From Planctomycetota bacterium (GTDB taxonomy: Bacteria > Planctomycetota > UBA8108 > SXIK01): DNA of 64,000 nt. The notes under the pieces are model-generated. The model had not been told where the DNA came from. It saw only the letters and a program-made list of their open reading frames with translations, and did no database searches. The stretch is from positions 4,096,001-4,160,000 of the forward strand of contig OZ244999.1 in assembly GCA_965223265.1 (NCBI GenBank), written 5' to 3'. Below are positions 58,816 to 64,000 of this stretch, in pieces. Numbering within the stretch: the first letter of the stretch is position 1; every line of letters starts with the position of its first letter. The position numbers and the translations under genes are program-made.

Positions 58816-61800
58816 ATGCCGATCCGCGGACGTTTGGGGCGCCGGGGAGGTGGCATCAAGAGTGGCATCGAGAAGAGACGTAGCATCAAGAAATGCTTGA
58901 TCGTCCGGTGTATCGCGTTACGCGTCTTGGTCAGCTGCACCTTGGCGATGCTCCTCTATTCTCCGTCGCGTCAACAGCTCCAAGCCGATGAGTGGCAGTG
59001 GCATGCCAAGAGTGTTCTCGAATCGCAGCGCCCCCAGTTTCAGCAAACGTCGAACGCTCAACGACCGTCGTCTCTTGAGTCCCTGATCATCACAACAAGT
59101 GAGGACGGTCAGGCGGGCTGGTGGGAAGCCACCATTCCGATTGACGGCGGCGCCTACTACCGCTTTCAAGCACGCCTTCGTACGCAGAACATTCAGTTCC
59201 AACGGCGGACAGCGTATCCGCGCCTCCTGTGGCTTTCAGATACCGGAAAGCCGGTCCTTCTCGACCGTGCTGCTATCGGGCCCTACCACCCGCCCGGAGA
59301 ACCTGCCCTCGCCACGCCGGATCTACCGCGCGAGGCACGCGGCGACGCTGACGGCTCCGTATGGTTTGACGGTGTTTACCGGGTGCCCACGGCTGCACGA
59401 CGTGCGCGGGTCCAGCTCCATCTGCAATGGGCGAAAGACGCGCGCGCGGAGTGGTCCGACGTTCGTCTCGAGAAAACCGCTGCACCTAGGCCGCGCAAGG
59501 TTCGCCTCGCAGCGATTCACCAGCGCCCCACCGGAAAGTCACCGCAAGAGAACTGTCGAGAGTTTGCGCCTCTGATCGCGCAGGCTGCGAAGGAACGCGC
59601 GGACTTGATCGTTCTCCCCGAGACGTTGACTTTTTTCGGTGTGGGCAAGAGCTACGCGGAGTGCGCCGAGCCGATTCCGGGACCTTCCACGGATTACTTC
59701 GGTGGCCTCGCGACGAACCATGGCGTCCATCTCGTCGCCGGCCTGCTCGAACGCGAGGGCACGAAGGTATACAACGTTGCCGTTCTGATTGGCCCGAGCG
59801 GGAAGGTCGTCGGCAAGTACCGCAAGGTCTGCCTTCCCCGCGGCGAAGCGCACGCGGGAATCAGCCCCGGCGATGCCTACCCGGTGTTCGACACACCGAT
59901 CGGTCGCATCGGCATGATGATCTGCTACGACGGCTTCTTTCCGGAGGTGGCGCGCAACCTCACAGAAGCCGGCGCCGAGATCATTGCCTTCCCGGTGTGG
60001 GGCTGCAACCCTGTCCTCGTTCGTGCGCGGGCCTGCGAAAACCACGTCTACGTGATCAGTAGCACCTACACTGACGTGAAGCGAGACTGGATGACGTCCG
60101 CGATCTTTGGACATGATGGATCCACTCTTTCAGTAGCCAAAAAATGGGGTGAAGTTGCAGTCGCCGAGGTGGATCTCGCGCGGCCGACGATCTGGGCCGG
60201 AATCGGCGACTTCGCCGCAGAGATGCATCGCAACCGGCCGCCGTCCGCGCTGGAATACGCGCGCGCCGGAATCCTCCCCAACGTCGTGTCGTCTCCTAAG
60301 AACACCGATTCGACGGCGGCGGCCCCACCCTCGGCGACGCACCATCGACAAGCCACATCGGAGACGTCGATGCGCATCCCACCCATGGACCTCGCCGCAG
60401 CGCAAAAGGCGTTTCGCGCACGGGATGGATTCCAAATGCAGCTCATCGCCGCCGAGCCGCTCGTCGTCGATCCCGTGGCGATGGTGTACGACGAATGGGG
60501 GCACGCCTACGTCGCCGAGATGCGCGACTACCCCTACACAGACAAGTCGAGCGACAAACCGTTCGTCGAGCGCACGACCGACGCGCCGCTCGGCCGCGTT
60601 CGTCGCCTCGAAGATACCGACAACGACGGCAGCTTCGATACGAGCACCATTTTCGCAGCCGACCTGTCGTGGCCCACGGGATTGGCGCTTTGGCGAGGAG
60701 GTGTTTTTGTCACCGCGACGCCGGACATCTGGTACCTGCGCGACGACGATGGCGACGGCGTGGCCGACACGCGCCGTCGCGTCTTCACTGGCTTTCGCAA
60801 GTTCAACGTGCAGGCGGTCATGAACAACCTGCGCTGGGGCTTAGACCACCGTCTCTACGCCGCCGGCTCGAGCAACGGCGGTCGTGTCACCCGAGATGAC
60901 AATTCCGCGGCGATCGCCGTCCAGCTCGCCACCAACGACTTCCGCTGGGATCCACGCAGCGGCAAGCTCGAAGTACTTTCAGGTGGCGGGCGATTCGGCC
61001 AGACGTTCGACGATTTCGGCAACCGCTTTATCTGCAACATTCGTAACCCGATTCGCCATGCTGTCTTTCCCGATAGCGCCATCAAGCGCAATCAGGCGGC
61101 GCTCTTCGCAGCTGCGATCCACGACGTCGCCGTCAGTGGAGACACCGTCGCGGTGTACCGCACAAGCGCCCCAGAACCGTGGCGCATCGCCAACGCGACC
61201 CGACTTGCTTCCGATGCGCTGAGCCTGAGCCCGCGGAGCGAAAAGGTTCCCGCCGGCTACCTCACGTCTGCCGCTGGGCTGACGCTGTACCGGGGCGACG
61301 CCTACCCTCCGGGATACTACGGTCAGGCATTCTTGGGCGAGGTCGCCGGCAACCTGATCCACCGTCAGCGACTGAAAGCGCGCGGTGTCACGTTCAGCTC
61401 CGAGCGGATCGATGAACGCAGCGAATTCATCACGTCGGACGACAATTGGTTTCGGCCGGTGAATTTCGTCAATGCGCCCGACGGTACACTTCACGTGCTC
61501 GACATGCACCGCGAAACCATCGAGCACCCATGGTCGATCCCCGATGACATCAAGCAGCACCTCGACCTCGAAAGTGGTCGTGATCGCGGCCGCATCTACC
61601 GTCTCGCGCCACCAGGATTTGAGTTTCGCCCCACGCCGCGTCTCGGAGATCTGGGCGCCGCCGAACTGACGCAGTTCCTCACGCATCCGAACGCATGGCA
61701 TCGGGACACGGCTCACCGCCTTCTCTTCGAGCGCCAAGATCAATCTGCGGTTGCCCCCCTGCGGGGGCTTCTTGACCGCAAATCTGCGGCGACGAATTCC

Positions 61801-63345
61801 ACGCTCGACAAACGCGCCGCGCCGGCAACTCCCCCGCGTCAAGCCGCTCAAGACTTTGATGCCATCGGGCGCGTGCTAGCTCTCTGGTCTCTCCGGGGTT
61901 TGGACCACTTGCACGAGGATGATCTCCGTTCGGCCCTTGTCGACACCGCGGCTCCGGTCCGAGCGCACGCCGTCCGGTTGGCAGCGCCTCGCATAAGATC
62001 AGGTCTCCGTTCGCTCCTCCTCGACCGTACAAGCGATCACGACGCTCGCGTTCGGTTCCAAACCGCGCTCGCGATCGCCCACCTGTCGGGCGCCGAACGC
62101 GACGCCGCCCTTCTCGCCTTCGCGCTTGACGGCGGTCTCGACCGCTGGCTCACAGCCGCCTTGATCAGCTCCGCCGCCAACCGGGAAGCATGGCTTCTCG
62201 AGCAACTTCTCGACCACTCGGCGCGATTAGATCCGCCGCTTGCGCAGCAGCTGGCGGAACTCGTTGCCGTGCGCGGCGCGGCGGAGGACATGACAGCACT
62301 TCTGCAAAGCCTTCGCCGAGCCGGGGGCGACGGAAGGGAAACCTCGCTCGTCCGCGACGCCGTGCTGCAGGGTCTCGCCCGCGGAGCAGCACGTCGCGGC
62401 AAACGTTTGGATTCGCTGACGCAATCGCCGCGACTTCAGGCCTGGCTTCGAGACCGCATCGCGAGCGCGACTCGCGACGCTATCGCAAACGACCTCGAAC
62501 TCTCTCGCCGCCTCGCCGCCGTCGAGCTCATCGCACAGCTCGAGTGGTCGGCCGCTCAGCCGATAGCGTCCGCCCTTCTCCTGACCCACGAGCCGCCGGA
62601 GTTGCAGTTGGCGGCGGCGAGATCGGTACTACGTTTCGACGCGGCCGCAGCGCCGGCCCTACTCGTCGATCGCTACCGCGCACTCGGACCGGATGTGCGA
62701 GCCGAGATTCTCCAGGGGCTTGCGTCGAGGCCTCGTTCCGCCGCGACGCTTCTTGACGCGATCGAGAGCGGCACCGTCGCGTGGAAAGATCTTTCGCGTG
62801 GTCAGAAATCGATGCTTCTTCGCAGCAGGAGCGAGGAGGTCAAAGCGCGGGCGACCACGCTGGCATGGGCGCAAGCACAAGGCGAAGCGACACGCCGCGA
62901 AGTGCTCGATCAATACTCCGTGGCCTTGGACAAGGCCTCGGATCTCACGAGTGGCGAAGCGACCTATCGGCGCGTGTGCGCGAACTGCCATCGCTACCGC
63001 GGCTTTGGTGTCGACGTCGGCCCAGCTTTCGAAACCGTACTCAACCGGTCCGCCAAAGAGCTCCTTCTTCACATTCTCGATCCGAGCCGCGACGTCCTGC
63101 CGAGTTACCAGGACTACGTCGTCGTGATGAAGGATGGAACGGTGCTCAGCGGGATGATCGTTGAGGAGAACGCGAACTCCATCACGTTGAAGCGCGCCGG
63201 AGGCTCTACAGAGAGTGTCGCTCGCGAGCTCGTCGCGGAGCTCGTCGCCAGCGGCAGGTCCCTTATGCCCGAGGGGCTCGAGAAAGAGATCAGCGTCGAA
63301 CAGATGGCTGACTTGATCGGCTATCTCAAACAGCCGCGCTCGTAA
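58816..63345 (+). CDS. Carbon-nitrogen hydrolase (nitrilase-fold) fused to a PVC-type membrane-bound dehydrogenase / heme-binding CxxCH protein
   Basis: Triad motifs LPE, YRKV and ICYD; AAEPLVVDPVAM, DTDNDG, WFRPVN...PDG, RGRIYR, HEAT-like repeats, CANCH, ILDPS, SLMPEGLE; start uncertain. Confidence 0.87.
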   Translation: MPIRGRLGRRGGGIKSGIEKRRSIKKCLIVRCIALRVLVSCTLAMLLYSPSRQQLQADEWQWHAKSVLESQRPQFQQTSNAQRPSSLESLIITTSEDGQAGWWEATIPIDGGAYYRFQARLRTQNIQFQRRTAYPRLLWLSDTGKPVLLDRAAIGPYHPPGEPALATPDLPREARGDADGSVWFDGVYRVPTAARRARVQLHLQWAKDARAEWSDVRLEKTAAPRPRKVRLAAIHQRPTGKSPQENCREFAPLIAQAAKERADLIVLPETLTFFGVGKSYAECAEPIPGPSTDYFGGLATNHGVHLVAGLLEREGTKVYNVAVLIGPSGKVVGKYRKVCLPRGEAHAGISPGDAYPVFDTPIGRIGMMICYDGFFPEVARNLTEAGAEIIAFPVWGCNPVLVRARACENHVYVISSTYTDVKRDWMTSAIFGHDGSTLSVAKKWGEVAVAEVDLARPTIWAGIGDFAAEMHRNRPPSALEYARAGILPNVVSSPKNTDSTAAAPPSATHHRQATSETSMRIPPMDLAAAQKAFRARDGFQMQLIAAEPLVVDPVAMVYDEWGHAYVAEMRDYPYTDKSSDKPFVERTTDAPLGRVRRLEDTDNDGSFDTSTIFAADLSWPTGLALWRGGVFVTATPDIWYLRDDDGDGVADTRRRVFTGFRKFNVQAVMNNLRWGLDHRLYAAGSSNGGRVTRDDNSAAIAVQLATNDFRWDPRSGKLEVLSGGGRFGQTFDDFGNRFICNIRNPIRHAVFPDSAIKRNQAALFAAAIHDVAVSGDTVAVYRTSAPEPWRIANATRLASDALSLSPRSEKVPAGYLTSAAGLTLYRGDAYPPGYYGQAFLGEVAGNLIHRQRLKARGVTFSSERIDERSEFITSDDNWFRPVNFVNAPDGTLHVLDMHRETIEHPWSIPDDIKQHLDLESGRDRGRIYRLAPPGFEFRPTPRLGDLGAAELTQFLTHPNAWHRDTAHRLLFERQDQSAVAPLRGLLDRKSAATNSTLDKRAAPATPPRQAAQDFDAIGRVLALWSLRGLDHLHEDDLRSALVDTAAPVRAHAVRLAAPRIRSGLRSLLLDRTSDHDARVRFQTALAIAHLSGAERDAALLAFALDGGLDRWLTAALISSAANREAWLLEQLLDHSARLDPPLAQQLAELVAVRGAAEDMTALLQSLRRAGGDGRETSLVRDAVLQGLARGAARRGKRLDSLTQSPRLQAWLRDRIASATRDAIANDLELSRRLAAVELIAQLEWSAAQPIASALLLTHEPPELQLAAARSVLRFDAAAAPALLVDRYRALGPDVRAEILQGLASRPRSAATLLDAIESGTVAWKDLSRGQKSMLLRSRSEEVKARATTLAWAQAQGEATRREVLDQYSVALDKASDLTSGEATYRRVCANCHRYRGFGVDVGPAFETVLNRSAKELLLHILDPSRDVLPSYQDYVVVMKDGTVLSGMIVEENANSITLKRAGGSTESVARELVAELVASGRSLMPEGLEKEISVEQMADLIGYLKQPRS

Positions 63346-63405
63346 CCGAACCGTCGCCAACGTCGTCCTTGTTGAGATCAAGAGCATCCAATAGAGCAGC
63401 GCAGC

Positions 63406-64000
63406 ATGGCTCGAGCCTACCGCATTTGGGATCTCCACTGTCACCTTAGCGGCGTGCCCGGTCGTACGCCCATCGAGCGCATGACCCGTCTCGTCGAGTC
63501 CGCCGATCGCATGGGCATCGAACGCATCTGCGTGTTCATGGGCATGCGCTTTTCGTATCGCCCGTCCCCCGACGAACTCCGCCGTCAAAATGACGAAGTG
63601 CTGGAAGCGCTCGCTCACTATCATGATCGCGCTTTCGGTTTTTGCTACGTCAGCGGCGAGCACGTCGACGCCAGCCTCGCAGAGATCGAGCGCTGCGTTG
63701 CCGAGGGTCCCATGGTCGGAATCAAGTTGTGGGTGGCGCGACGCTGTTCCGATCCTGCGCTCGACGCGATCGTCGCACGTGCTGCCGAACTGCACGCGGT
63801 CGTCTTTCAACACACTTGGATCAAAACCGACGGCACGCAGCTGCCTGGCGAGTCGACTCCAGACGACCTGGTCACGCTGGCGCGACGCCATCCCAAGACG
63901 ACACTGGTGTGTGGCCATAGCGGCGGTCTGTGGGAGTGGGGAATCCGCGCAGTGCGCAGTGCGCGGAATGTCGTCATCGGCACCGGCGGCGGCGACCCCA
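63406..64000 (+). CDS. Amidohydrolase family protein (Amidohydro_2), truncated by the window end
   Basis: MARAYRIWDLHCH, GIERIC, GPMVGIKLW, FQHTW, CGHSGG. Confidence 0.85.
   Translation, partial: MARAYRIWDLHCHLSGVPGRTPIERMTRLVESADRMGIERICVFMGMRFSYRPSPDELRRQNDEVLEALAHYHDRAFGFCYVSGEHVDASLAEIERCVAEGPMVGIKLWVARRCSDPALDAIVARAAELHAVVFQHTWIKTDGTQLPGESTPDDLVTLARRHPKTTLVCGHSGGLWEWGIRAVRSARNVVIGTGGGDP

Noticed and set aside
62659-63918. 419-aa antisense ORF
   Set aside because: Overlaps two well-supported plus-strand genes and has no motifs

Overview
GC-rich bacterial chromosome segment, most likely Planctomycetota. This is inferred from a PVC-type heme-binding dehydrogenase, a DUF1080/PQQ-like propeller protein, a sulfatase and planctomycete-style Cys-containing dockerin-like modules. 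It opens with a peroxiredoxin and an Rrf2-sufBCD Fe-S assembly operon, and the rest is dominated by exported proteins. Seven proteins carry the same Cys-containing dockerin-like module. The most striking are two paralogous ~1,800-aa secreted proteins (12177-17618 and 43561-48981). Each joins FG-GAP/VCBS propellers to an apparently intact phosphohistidine domain followed by an ATP-grasp domain, in the order and with the motifs of plant glucan/phosphoglucan water dikinases, and ends in a dockerin. A dockerin-bearing purple acid phosphatase lies between them, suggesting (inference) a scaffolded extracellular phosphorylation/dephosphorylation system. Other notable items are a GlpT-like MFS/cytidylyltransferase/MetE-like operon, a heme-c chemoreceptor lacking its signalling tip in an operon with a porin, a nitrilase fused to a PVC-type cytochrome dehydrogenase, a MITE-like element inserted into a REP with a 3-bp duplication, a candidate attenuator and a frameshifted propeller glycosidase. 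No rRNA, tRNA, CRISPR array or transposase gene was seen. All calls are by-eye motif recognition with no database searches, and several starts were moved to downstream ATGs with better RBS or signal peptides.
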